Source of the DNA: Pelomyxa schiedti
Taxonomy: Eukaryota > Protista > Evosea
DNA length: 63,380 nt
Reading direction: 5' to 3'
NCBI GenBank assembly: GCA_020536535.1
Contig: JAHLWZ010000358.1
Location: 1-63,380 of the forward strand
The translations under genes and the position numbers were made by a program. Positions 11,401-23,629 of this stretch are shown one piece after another. Within the stretch, counting starts at the first letter, position 1. Every line of letters begins with the position of its first letter. The notes beneath the pieces were generated by a model. That model worked only from the letters and a program-made list of their open reading frames with translations, did not search any database and was not told the origin of the DNA.

Positions 11401-14166
11401 CCTGCTCGCACTAGAGCACTACAGCAATGCGAATTTGACGACAATTTGAAAAAAACTTGGAAGCTCTTTAGGATACACCATGGAGTGAAGGTTAGGTTTT
11501 TATCTCTCAATTTTTCTTAACAGAGCTTTTGGAAAAGGTTCTCCTAAATTTACTTCAATACAAAGAGAACGTTCCCCGAGCACCAGAAATACGGGCACTC
11601 AGTTGTCGAGCCTTACTTGGCTTGGCAAATGATACAACCATTTGCCAAATACTAGGAAAGCTTCATAATGTATAAGTGCTAACAAACTCTCCGTACATGT
11701 TTCTTACTATTCACGTTAGTTGTTAACACTATTGCCTCAAATCGTATCGAGTCGCAACCAGCCAATACACAGCAAAGGCAATGACATGCTGTGTCATTAT
11801 GCAGTTGAATTGCTTGCAAAAATGCATGCAAAAATGCAACCCTAGCTACAGTCTCATTATTTCAAAACAGAACAGGAAGAACGTCTGCATCAATTTTGAG
11901 TGACAAAACAGATCCTGTTTCAAGGCTTATTGAGCGGGCAGAAATTGCTGCATCGACTCCAGTGAGGTATCAGATATCCCCCTTGTGTAGGCACTCATCT
12001 GCTGTCCAGATACTCGGGTGATGAATTACTACAAGTTGTGCACCAATACCTCCTTTCAAAGGGACTTTCTAAAACTGCTGAATCTCTTTCAGAAGAAGCG
12101 GTATTTTTTTTCTTTCGCTGTCAAGCCCTGACAACCTTGATGTAGCATCTTTCTGTACCAGCCAGGATAACAAGCCATCCGATTCCCGCTGGAACTCTCG
12201 ACAATATCGTCACTGAAGTATTATTCCTTTCACTAAAGTGCAGTAAATAAAATATTTTAGTACCTGAGAGGTCAACATCAACGGTGTGCAAATCCTGTCT
12301 CACTTGTGCCACCGTTCTCTCTTGTGTTACCCCATCACTGTCCTACTGTCCGCAAAACAGTATCTGCTGGATACTCCCCTCTGTCAGTAACAGCACGAAT
12401 CCTTGGCAGGCAATTCAATCCTCCATATGGTACGCCCATTGCTCTGTATTACTACTCACCAATATAGGAGGGATCTCTGGTCGCCAAAGGGATTGCCACC
12501 TATTGTATTCACGATACAAGCCCACCAGACCGCTGCGTTGTTGGGAGACCACTTTTACCTATGCTCAGTTTGGCAATTCAGGTTTGTCTCCAGTATTTTG
12601 TGTTGCTTGGTGTTCCAAACCTTATGCAATAAATATCACAGACCACTTATTTCTGGGAACTAAAAATGGAGAGGTACAAAGCTGGCAAATTAGGACTGCT
12701 GAACAGTCTGTAAGAAGTGTCTATTAATTTTCCTCCATTTTTGTCACCCTGATGTACAAAAGAATACTTGTCCACTGTTTTCACAGCCCGTAACCGGCAT
12801 GGAAATGTCACCCAATCGTGAATTGATGCTTGTGTCGACAAGACGCACCCCTGAGACTAAAGTGCTCGATACAAAGAAGCCAAATGAATTAGCTTCTCTG
12901 ACAACTCTTCCAGACATCTTTGCAGGCAAGTTTTACTGTTCCGCCATCTCGCTAAACCCCGAAAAGCTGAATTCAGTCACTGTGGAAAATATGTATTAGG
13001 AACGCAACATGAAAAAGCTCTCCTGTACAGTGTTGAAACGTGCTCCTTGATACAGGTTTTCATAATGCACTTATTCCTTCCCCAGTGACCTTTCCCAGAC
13101 TCTCCAGTTGCACAATGATAATGAGCAGTTACCAACCAAATTCAGAGACCGTGCACATTTTAGTTTGTGTGACCAACTTATACTATGCACTGATACACTG
13201 TGGGATTGCCGCATGGGGAAGGAGATTCATAAATTTGACAGATTTACGAACTACGGAAATGGTACTCGTTTCTCCTCTTGGTATGCACTGTTTACACGTA
13301 ATAGGTTTCTTCGCACCCTCGGGAGTAGAAGTGATCATCAATTCTGAAATATGGGACCTAACCACATTCAAACTCCTCAGTACTTGTCCCGTTCTTGATC
13401 AGACACAACTGGTTTTTGGAAATAAGGATGTATTTTATGCCGGTGAGCCTTCCTTTGCGTAATTATTCAACTAAAGAGACCCAGTTTGTCAGCATATGAC
13501 AGGCAGCAGGTCTATTCGCCAGGCACCCACGTTTCACACCATTGACGCTCTAGACTACTCACTCATTTCCACTACTGCCCTTGACAGTGCAATATGGAAT
13601 CTGACCCCCGACTCTACAAACACTCACCTGGCGATTGTTGAAGTACGTGTCCCACATCCTCGCTAAGCCAACTCCGGACGGCTAACTCGAGGTTACAGAA
13701 CGAGAGCATGGACTCGGTCTGCCGAATTTACGATGTGGGACGATCACCACCCTCGGAAGGCGATTCCGACACCGACTTGGATGATCTGGACCTCGACATT
13801 GAAGACGACGACGTACTCGAGGAACTTCTAGAAATGGACGATGCAGATGGCGATGACGAAGGCGGGAACGACACTGACACCAACGAAGACTCAGACGGCG
13901 ACGATGACGACGATGATGATGACGACGACGACGATGACGGCGACGACGACGACAGCGATGATGAAGGCGGAGACGCTGATGACGACGGGGATGAGGATGA
14001 CGACGAAGACGAAGACGACAATGACTTGGAACTAGTGGCTGCTAGTAGTGACGACGATTCCGATGATGGCGAGGAGGAGGACGGGGATGATTCTGGTGAG
14101 GAAGAGGCAAACGCCACAGGTGAGGCACAAGGCCACGAGGATCAGAGCAGCTCCGAGGAAGAATGA
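8435..14166 (+). CDS. DCAF1: DDB1- and CUL4-associated factor 1 (DCAF1/VPRBP): armadillo-like, LisH, WD40, acidic tail; many exons
   Basis: IRALSCRALLGLAND, LisH LLQVVHQYLLSKGLSKTAESLSEEA, LWDCRMGKEIHKFDRF, PSGVEVIINSEIWDLTTFKLLSTCPVLDQ, and a D/E-rich tail at 13708-14166. Confidence 0.92.
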
Positions 14167-14788
14167 ACCAACAACACACCCCATTAGGTCCGTTTGTACA
14201 TGAAGCACCCTGATTCCACAATTTGCACCAGCAAACGAATGTTCTCTGTTTCTGTTAACTTGGGAAAAAAAAAATACCCTGACTCGCTCTGTGACTTTGT
14301 CGCATCAACTTATGTCAACGGTGAAGTGTATTCCTTGGTACTGTGTAGATCAGCGAAACGGAAGTTCTACTCATACGATTAAGTCATGGAAAGTGAGGCA
14401 TCCATCTGGCTTCATGTATTGGTTCTTCTCCCAAAGAAATGGTGGAGTTCTCAATCGAGGACGGTGCATTCCAGAAATAGGTGGTATCTCCTCCTTAGAT
14501 TGTGGTATCCTGGCTTCAACTAATCTTCAACAGTTTCCAAACTTACAGTTACACAACGACCAGTGATATCCCACAGCTACGCTGCTACATTGGCTTGGTT
14601 GGACATAAATCTTACTACCTCCCTTAGCTCACTCAAACTCTGCACGCCCAGCTGGTCCAGCACCCATAACAACCTCCGTCATTTGATTGAATTTGGGTTT
14701 TTCCAAACACTGAAACATTGCCTTTCCGAAATTTCTCAAAGTTGCTTAGATTTTTGGCCCTTTGCGGGCATAAACGAACACGTGGTAT

Positions 14789-17513
14789 TTAATCTAGGTA
14801 CGTGGGGATCTCTGCAATGCGTAGCTTGGTGGAGCCATAGGGTTTTAGTTTCACCACAACTGGAGTGTCTGCTCCAACAGACACCGGGCTGACGGGAGGG
14901 GCGGCAGCTGCATCCTGTTCCTCTACCCACTGCGTGAGAGGCTTGGCCCATGCAGATATGGTGAGTGGGCAACTTTCCTCGGCGAAGGGATTGGTCATGT
15001 CGTTGGTGGTGCTAAAGGTTAAATCGGCGGTAGGGTCGTTGTCGTTGGAGAGGCGAATGCCGTACTGCCAAGGTGAAGTGGGGAGCATTTGCAGGTCGTC
15101 GGACTCATAGGCATAGTGCGCAAGCACTGTGGTGTTATGGGGGATCCAAAGGGCGTACAACAGTGGTCCGCGCATGATTGCAGCTGCATTGTTATATCTG
15201 GAAATATTGGTCAGGGGAAGCAACGCATCCAGTGTTACCTTCTTGTCACTTCTATTTGCATTGTTATTTGAATTGAGATCGTTCCGGCGCCAGAAGGAAT
15301 TTGAATCTTGAGTAAAGTACCAGGAGCGGGCGTGTACTTGACACCAAGGGAGTCACTAACAACCCAGTCACCTGTGTTTTTCACCCACCCAGGTACCCTC
15401 ATATAAAGAGTAAATGATTGAGATGCTTGTGTAGCAATGGAGATAGTTTCAGCAAATGGGTAATCCGTTGTCATGTTGAGAGACACTTTGTTAGAAGTGG
15501 CTGCTATAACGGTCTCTAAAACCATTGGGCCATAGTGCAATATTACCAAGCCATTATCAGGGGTAAGCATGATCGCATTTGTGACATACTGTAGAATCGA
15601 TTAGAGTATTCACTTAAATTGCCTTTCTCACTTTAGGATAGCCCTGATGATAGTTGGCTGTGCAGCAACCATAGTTTGGCTCCAATCCATAAATATTGCT
15701 ATTTGGTCCATCAAAAGCCCAGACATGGTCATCACAGACCATCGAGTTGATTTCATTAGACTGTTGGAGGTACTGGTGTTCCCAGATATCGTCAGTTCTG
15801 AGAGAAATGTAAGTGTCTCACACTGGCGTTCATTGGGGTACAGGGTTGCTTGAAGAGCATTCAAAGCTACTCTCTCAGCAAAATCAACATAAGTAAGATT
15901 TCCTATCACAGAAAATGACACGTCGTAAGAAAACATGGTTTCCACAACTGTGCAGAGCTCAGTTCCCCGGCTTGGCATCAATCCAGCAAGATGCTCATCA
16001 CAAGAAAAAATACCTGTTTACATTTTTTTGTCATTTACACATATATATTTATTCAGTTTTTTTTTTTGTGTGTGTGTGCCAACCAGAAGCTTGTCCATGG
16101 TACATGTCAAGTTTATTAATACGTTCATTTGTACTGGCGACATCATCAGAATCACGAGAAAATCTGTAATAAACTGCCTCTGATTTGACTGCTTGTCCGT
16201 TATTTACACCTTATACCACAATAAGAAAAGGCCACTGGAAACACCGCGTCAATATTGAGAAGTACCATGATTGTCGAGAAGCGGTAGAACTGCAGGTTCT
16301 GTAGGAAACGCGTACCTGAAATAAGCTTTCCAGTCAAATCCTTGGTAGTGTAAAAGTTCAATTAAATCGAGGAGGAACTGGAGGCAAGTTAGGTAAAAAC
16401 GGATATCGGTGAAGATTACTTGCTCTTCTCCTTCTATGAGATAGTTATCGTAAATGTACTCAACAGCAAGAGCCATGTCTTGCCAGCGATAAGCTGCCCA
16501 TGAAGTCAGTGGGGTGTCAATCAACAGAGGGAAAAGCTACAAGACCAATAGGTTAGACAATGGTTTAGAGAAGAAAAAGTACATAGTGCATGAAATTGTA
16601 TAGCGCAGGAATGATCCTTGAGTCCTCAGTGGACTGGTAATATCTGTAATTACTAAGAGAAAGGAAACGAATGAAGCTCGGTACTGTAGAAGAGCTAGAC
16701 AGAGAGGGAACCGAGACCAAGGGTCCATGGAGTCTGTTGGTCCAAACCAGCCATCTTCCAGTTGGTGATCGAGAATATAGTCAACATAATACTCGACTTG
16801 AGCGATCAGGTCCGGGTCCTGAAAGACTCTAAGACGAGGGGAGTAGAGACCTTCCAACAAACGTCAAGTAAGAAAGCCAAAGGGATGACGCCATTGAGCC
16901 AATAGGGTGTGCGTTCATGAAGCCCACCATCTGCAGTACCACCAATCCAAATTGAGTCAGAAATGTCTGCCCAGAACAGGGACAGGTAGCCACTCAAGCC
17001 GTCTGCTTGAATCTACACTATTACTTAATCCACGAGAGGCGAATATGTGAAGGGCACCTGAAGTTGATTTTTCAACCAGCCAGAGGGTTTAATATGGGTG
17101 ACTGGAAGAGGGTATGCAAAAGGTACAGCCAAGGTGGGATTTCGGGAGCCAGAGACACGGCAAGGATTCATAGTAAAATGTTTAGCAGTGCCTTTCAACC
17201 AACACAAAGGGTAGGTGCTCGGCTCAGTGCAACCGCCATCGGTTGTAGCTTTCCCGTACGACTTGAAACATGTAAATGCACCGAAAGAAAAAAAAAATTG
17301 AGAGGAGAAATCAAAAAGTCCAAGGAGTACCCAAGCTACGCAAGAAGGGTCGTCTAAACACATGTCAGCACACACGTCAGGACCGTCGGATGTCGATAGC
17401 GTAAGTGGCATATCACTGAGATCTCCATTGGGCCTATCAACACCGTCGTCCCCAATAGCAACGACGCAACTTACGACAACCAAACACGCAGCCGCAACCG
17501 CCCACGCCCTCAT
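14789..17513 (-). CDS. Secreted GH127/GH146-family beta-L-arabinofuranosidase-like glycoside hydrolase with N-terminal PAN/apple domain
   Basis: Signal peptide MRAWAVAAACLVVVSCVVA; PAN-like DRPNGD...CADMCLDDPSCVAW...CWLK; IKPSGWLKNQL, ERTPYWLNG, GTELCTVVE, EPNYGCCTANYHQGYPK, TTDYPF, RVPGW, RGPLLYAL, LKPYGSTKLRI. Confidence 0.9.
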
Positions 17514-17658
17514 TTTTTTTTCTTTTTGAGATCTCGTCTGTTCGTCTCACAAGACAGGTGCAAAAATCAAACATCAACCGGGAAATCACTGCCATCAATA
17601 TGCCAGAAACAACGGGTGGTTGGGTTTCAACAGACACGACGGCAAAAATCGTAAACAA

Positions 17659-19629
17659 ATGAGTGCGGGCGACAACGACGCGGCTGTGTTGGGTGCTTCT
17701 CAAGGAGATCAAGATCTGGAAACTTGCGACCCTGCTGTTGATCTCGGCGATGTTGTCCAGGCGGGATCTACGATGTCGGATGACGGCCCTGTTGCTGCTG
17801 TCACTAAGAGCGAACAGAGGTGGTTCCGCATTGCCGGGTGGTCTTCTTGGACTTTCATTTGCAGTGCGGTGATGTACTCTTTGTCTGGGATTGTTTTACC
17901 TCACGAGGCAGAGAAAGTGGCTCCCTCAAGCCCCTCGTTGTGCGTGGGTGTGCACCTTAAGTTATGTGACTCCAGTATTTACCGTACATGGTTTCTCAGG
18001 CATTGTCTCGGGAATTGGATGCTTATTTCAAGTCTGGGGATTGATTGCTTGCTTCTTTAGTGATCAATACAGACCTATTTTCGGTCAGTTCCACATGTTT
18101 CCCCTATCATGACCTAATATTAGGAAGGCGAAGTCCATATATAGTTCTCTCTGGTTTATTAATTGTGTTGGGCAGTGGGTTAATGTATTGGGGTGATGCC
18201 ATTGTATCCCTGGCCCTTGTTGTAATAGGTAATTTTTGCAGTAAAAAGAATTTCATGTAACGCTTTTAGCTTATCTTGTTTTGGTCTCGGGAGTGGCAGT
18301 TGGAACCTCAATAATGCATGCAATGATTCCAGATCAAGTTCCGCAATCCCAGTACGGCTTGAGCTCTGGAATTATGGGTCTGTTTGGAGTTCTTGGCACA
18401 GCCTTCGGTATTTCTATTTTCGTCTATTCCTACTGACCAAGCTCAGGTTATGGAATTTTTGCTACTGGCATTAGTGTACCATCAGTCAACTGGATTTACA
18501 TTGGAACATCGTTCCTTTTTGGTGTTACTACTATCATTGCTGCCCGTGAATTTATCATTGGGAGAAGTTATCACACCTTCATACAATTGGAAGATCCCTC
18601 AGGCTCAGGAGGTTTGTTTTGTCTCACGATTCACCTGAGGTTATTTAGGTTCGAAGTCAAAAGACCCTAAAGCAGCCTCTGGAGGTACGATACGAAGTAG
18701 ATTTGTGAAGTTCATCAAAAAATTCTGGTTTGGGTCAAATTATAACTAGTTGTCTAAACTAATTTTCATCAGATACAACACAAAATCTCCCCTCACTTGA
18801 ATGCCAGGTTTTCTGCTCGGGAGCACCCTGACTTTGCCTTGGTTCTTTGCATGAGATTCTTTTTTTACTTCCATCTGGCTACATTGTCTTACCTACCTTT
18901 TTGGCTAAGTGATGTTATTGGGGTCGCAGACTCTGAAACGGTTATTATGAAGAGGAAACCAATTTCTTACTTCCTCTTAGACAATGGGAATTGTTGGGCT
19001 CATTATGTTAATCGCAGCTCTAACAACCTCTTTTCCTTCTGGGAAACTCAGTGACACGAGGCTTGGAAGAAAGGTACCAATTTGTGTGGGACTTGTTCTC
19101 ATGTCCACTGCTACTGCCGCTCTCATGTTTGTAGAAAAAATTCAACCAGTTTATGTTGTGGGTATGTTCATACTGGAACCTCTTCCATGTTACTTACCTG
19201 ATAAATACAAGCCGCCATATACGGACTAGGAAATGGGATGTATTGGACACTTGTAGGTTACTTATTTCTCCTCTCCCGCTCACGTACGTGAAGGAAGACG
19301 CGATGGCGTGCGATAGTTTGCCCTCCAAGCAGCGCAGCGGAATCTTTATGAGCGAGTACGGCCTGGTCCTTACCGTCGGCGGGCTGGTAGGGCAACTCCT
19401 CAATGGTTTAATTCTGGACTTCTTCAAAATCGGACAAGGTTCATACTCAGACCTGGGATACACGGTTTATTTTCCCCTTTCCCTACAAACACAAAACCAC
19501 TAACTCCCTCATAAGGTTTTGTTTTCCACTTCCCTTTGTGCACTGGCCGCCTCATTCATTTTTACCTTCTTCGTGAACCTCCAACGAGCCAGGCAATCTC
19601 AACGCACCAGAGACGACGAATCTCTGTAA
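17659..19629 (+). CDS. Major facilitator superfamily transporter (GPH/SLC45 sucrose-transporter-like)
   Basis: Multiple TM helices; SDQ...FGRRSPYI, AMIPDQVPQSQYGLSSG, GKLSDTRLGRK, DSLPSKQRSG. Confidence 0.85.
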
Positions 19630-19823
19630 CCAACATGCTTTTTCCGTTACGAGACTGCAGTTATTGAAAACACGGTGTCTTTCTTCGTTGTCTTTTCGCG
19701 TCAGACCCATACCCCTTGATCTTTTTTGGTACCGCCGAACTTTCAGATGGTTTCCGATTGTATCTGGTTTTCAACGACCGCAATAGTAAACCAGCGAAAG
19801 AAACCAAAAACAAACAGAACGAG

Positions 19824-20625
19824 ATGAAACCGGGAGAGGACACCAGAACCAAGTCAAGGTGTTCAGAGAGTGGCTCATTCAGATGGCCCTCTGTGAGCTG
19901 CTGTAGCTGCACCAGCCCCCCTTCGCCTATTCGCAGTACTCTCCCTGTGTGTATTATGGACGGTGTGTTTCTGAGTGATGCAAGGACTGCTTACCAACAA
20001 CATGTATGCGGTGCTTTTTCGTTGTTTTGGGGCCTCCTTATAAGGAGTAAAAAGGTGCTGTTTACATTGGGGATTAGTGATGTTCTCTCTGTGATGGAAG
20101 TAAGGGATGCTGTTGCTCATAGGTCAAAATTTCCACCTGGAATCAATGTTTCAGTACTTCAGTACGCTCTTGATTTTTCCATGCTTTTCTCACCAAAGTC
20201 ACAGAGTTTCTGACGATCCCCATACACACATTGAGAAGTTCTTTATGGTCGCCATTGACTTCATATCTAAAGCACTGCTATCTCACTCCAGAGGTCAGGT
20301 TCTGGTTCATTGTGAGAGCGGAATCAGCAAGAGTGCAACCATTGTAATTGCCTTCGTAATGTATGCACTTTCCATGGATTCTTTTGCAGCACTGCAAGCC
20401 GTTCAGAAGGAATACCCAGAAGCAAACCCTTCTCCACTATTCCGGGCCCAACTAGCTGAATTCTCCACAGAACTACAGCGAACCAGAGCCTCACAACAAC
20501 AACTAAGGCACTCCCTATGGGGCAGAAAGCGAAGGTCATCAAGCCCAACCACTCTTCGGGCTCTAAGTCAAAACACGCCATCAAGCCCAGAGCAACACCC
20601 TGTATCCATAGTCAACACACCCTGA
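19824..20625 (+). CDS. Atypical dual-specificity phosphatase domain protein with CX5K in place of CX5R
   Basis: IMDGVFLS, LGISDVLSV, VSDDP, VLVHCESGISKSATIVIAFVM, ANPSPLFRAQL. Confidence 0.85.
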
Positions 20626-20688
20626 GTTTGGAATTTTTTCTCCCACCTCCTCAAATCAAAAACTGTTGATATTACGATAAAAAGAAGA

Positions 20689-22144
20689 ATGGCTGAGTGC
20701 CGTTTGGGTGTAGTCAGTGTGCTGTTTGTTGCAGTTGCTTTTTGCGTGCGGTTATGGCGCAAGAGGCGGCGTCCCATAATGAGGAGGTCGGAGACGCATG
20801 TGGCTGTGAGGCAAGTGCCTTTTCCCTGCGAAGTTCACGACATCATAGCCCCGTGTTACAGGTACTTGCGGCGTTATTGATATTATGGGTTTTGATGATA
20901 CCTGGTATTCCCCCTTCTAAAAAAAAAACAATTAAGGTTTGCACACCTCACATGGTCTTGGACACATCTTCTGAGTGACATGCTCACAGCTTCTGGGGAA
21001 GGGAAAGCTCAACTTTTTCAAGTCAAATCAGAAACTAAGTGCCCAGGTGGTGAGAGCCAGGAACTGCTGTGCATGGCTGCTGCATATCAATGCTCAGTTA
21101 ATTTCCCACAGTACTTACCGTGGCCTCTGAACAGAATTCTTGCCCCATTTGGGTTGGGTGGAATATGGCCAATTTTGTGCTTCACAACAGCTTTCGTGCA
21201 GGTATAGACAAGTAGAAAAGTTAACATTATATACTAAAGAAAGTTCTTTTAAAGTACAACCAAGAAAACGACACACAAAAGATGAACAGATTCCTTTGGA
21301 GAATACTTCTGGTTTAATGATGTGTCAGCGTCATAATGGAGATACAGAAATAGAGACTGCCTGTGTCCAAGCCCTACGGCAATATCTTACTTTCCCTTCT
21401 TCCAGCAAGAAAGCAGTTGTACCGGACTTGATTGTGCTTGTTCGAGAGAGATATGATAATATGATACCCTTGTGTCACGTTGGGGCTAGGTTCCCTTGGA
21501 CTGACACTGTGATTATAGACCATCTGAAGTTGAATACCAGCTTTGATGACTTCCGCAACAAACGACTTAAACATCAGTGGCGCAGGGACATGAAAGTAAA
21601 AACTGATGAATTCGTGGCCAAAGGCGGCAGAATAATGCACATCACCCAACCCGAACAACTTAGAGAGTATGCTCCTTCACTTTACAGGCTGCACAATACT
21701 CTTAGCAACGAGCATGCTGCACAAGGAGACCTAGACTTTCCCATTAAGTTTACAGAGTGGTTCTTCAGGGAATGCGGAAGATACATGAAAGAAGGCACGT
21801 GGAGAGTGATATGCGCCATGGTTCACGATGAACTTGTGGCATTTGGACTGGTGCTGATAAACGTGGAAAGTGGGACAACCTACTTGAAGAGAGTTGGGGC
21901 CAATGCATCAGCACGAGATAGTTTCGCCTACTTCAACATCCTGTATGAAGTTATAAAAGTTGGATTTGAAACCGGCTGTGACCAAGTGGACTTTGGTGAC
22001 GGAGGCTGGGCAATGAAGCACAAACTAAGTGCTTCCAAAAGACCTGCAGATGCATACCTTCTCAGTGTCCGGAACCCCCTATGGAGTGTATTTATCCACA
22101 TAGCAGCTTCTTTATGCTCCCGCTTCCTCAGTCAAAACAATTAA
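20689..22144 (+). CDS. GNAT/FemAB-like (Acetyltransf_6-type) acyltransferase with N-terminal membrane anchor
   Basis: N-terminal TM followed by WRKRRR; SFDDF...RLKHQWRRDMK, FTEWFFRE, ELVAFGL, YFNILYEVIKVGFETGCDQVDFG...KHKL resemble bacterial FemAB-like GNATs. Confidence 0.7.
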
Positions 22145-22223
22145 ACTCTGGAGAGAGTACTTCTTCCTGCCAAAGACCCCAAAACCAATTAAAAAAAAAA
22201 AAACAAAGCGGTTTTCCCATTTG

Positions 22224-23483
22224 ATGGCGGACCGTGGAACATTACCATCGAATGTGACCACGAGTGCGGGAGTTGGGACTAGATTGAAAGTGTGGGTGCA
22301 GGGGGTGCCGTTGGCAACGAGGCTGGTGATTGGTCTGTGCTGCGGCGTGTATTTGTATGAACTCATATTTGGAAACTTACACAAGTGGGTCTGCTTGTCT
22401 CCTTTCTTCTTCAGTCCTGCTGGTTTCCTGCCGAGTCGGTGTAAGTAGCATCGCATTATTGTGACTATTATAGAGCCAACCAATTACGGGAAGAATTCTT
22501 TGTGACAAAAACTATTGTGCAGTTTACACGTTGTTCACTTTCAATTGGTTCCATCAGGGAATACTTCATTTACTGATGAACATGATGGCATTTTATTTCA
22601 TGAGTTGCACCCTTGAGGTAGAATATCCCCTAGTCGTTGCTTACATCATTGAAACGCAAATAGCATAGGACAGGCACGCTTAGATATTCATGGCTTTTGT
22701 TCATAATGGGAGTTTTGGGTGGACTTATACATGTCGGTGTATCATATTTCCTTTCTCTTATTGGATTGGTATCGCTTAAAACATGTGGGTAAGTTCCTTT
22801 TCTTTTCTTTTTTAAATTCAGAGTTTGGTTTTTGTATAATTCAGTAAAGAGTTGGATATTCTGGCGTCATTTTTGGTGTGCTTGTTATTGAATGCCACCT
22901 CTCCGAGACACTTTCGCGGAGGTATTTCTATCTTGGCGTTGAGAAAAAAGTTAGTGACACCTATCAATTTTAGCGTATTTGGATTCTTTACAGTTCCAAG
23001 CAAACTGTATCCATGGATTTTATTAGCACTAATGCAGATCATCATTCCAAATGCCTCGTTCTTAGGTCACATGGCTGGAATCTTTACAGGATACCTTTGT
23101 AAATGTTCCCTCACAAAAACTTGAAGAACTCACATGAATTGTAGATCTGTTTGGCCTCCTTGAGCTGATTCTGATTGGGACACGTGTTGTCCCTGCTTTG
23201 GAAGGCTTGCCTCCACTCAAGTGGATCACCAAGTATGATTTCTACATAGCAAACCAGCCTCCATCACCAGCAAGATTATCGTGGTCTGGTCTAAAGGACA
23301 GGTAACACCAACGCCTCTACTTTTTTCAAACATCTCACCACAACAAAAGAGTGCAGAGTCTGATGCAGAAGATCAGGCCACCCACAGTAAGTAATAAATA
23401 TAAAAATGAGATCTTTGATCTCGTTTGCCAAAGTCTAAGATGTCAAACAGGCAAACAATGCCACAACATCGGGGCGAGTATGA
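22224..23483 (+). CDS. Rhomboid intramembrane serine protease (RHBDL4/RBL-type); 3' end approximate
   Basis: FHQGILHLLMNM, catalytic VGYSGVIFG, VPSKLYPWILL, SFLGHMAGIFTGY. Confidence 0.88.
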
Positions 23484-23629
23484 AAAAGGCCAGTCTGTTG
23501 CCACCCAAAACCAAATTGAAAACAAAAAAAATGTTTGTCTTTCGTTTGTTTTTTGTCATGTGTTTTTTTTCGGCCGACCAGTTGCATGCCGAGAATGTTT
23601 TTCACTTTTTTTCTTTTTTCTTCGGGAGA

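Noticed and set aside
13728-14117. Ser-rich antisense ORF and Thr/Met-rich alternative-frame ORF
   Set aside because: Shadows of the GAC/GAT-rich acidic tail of DCAF1.
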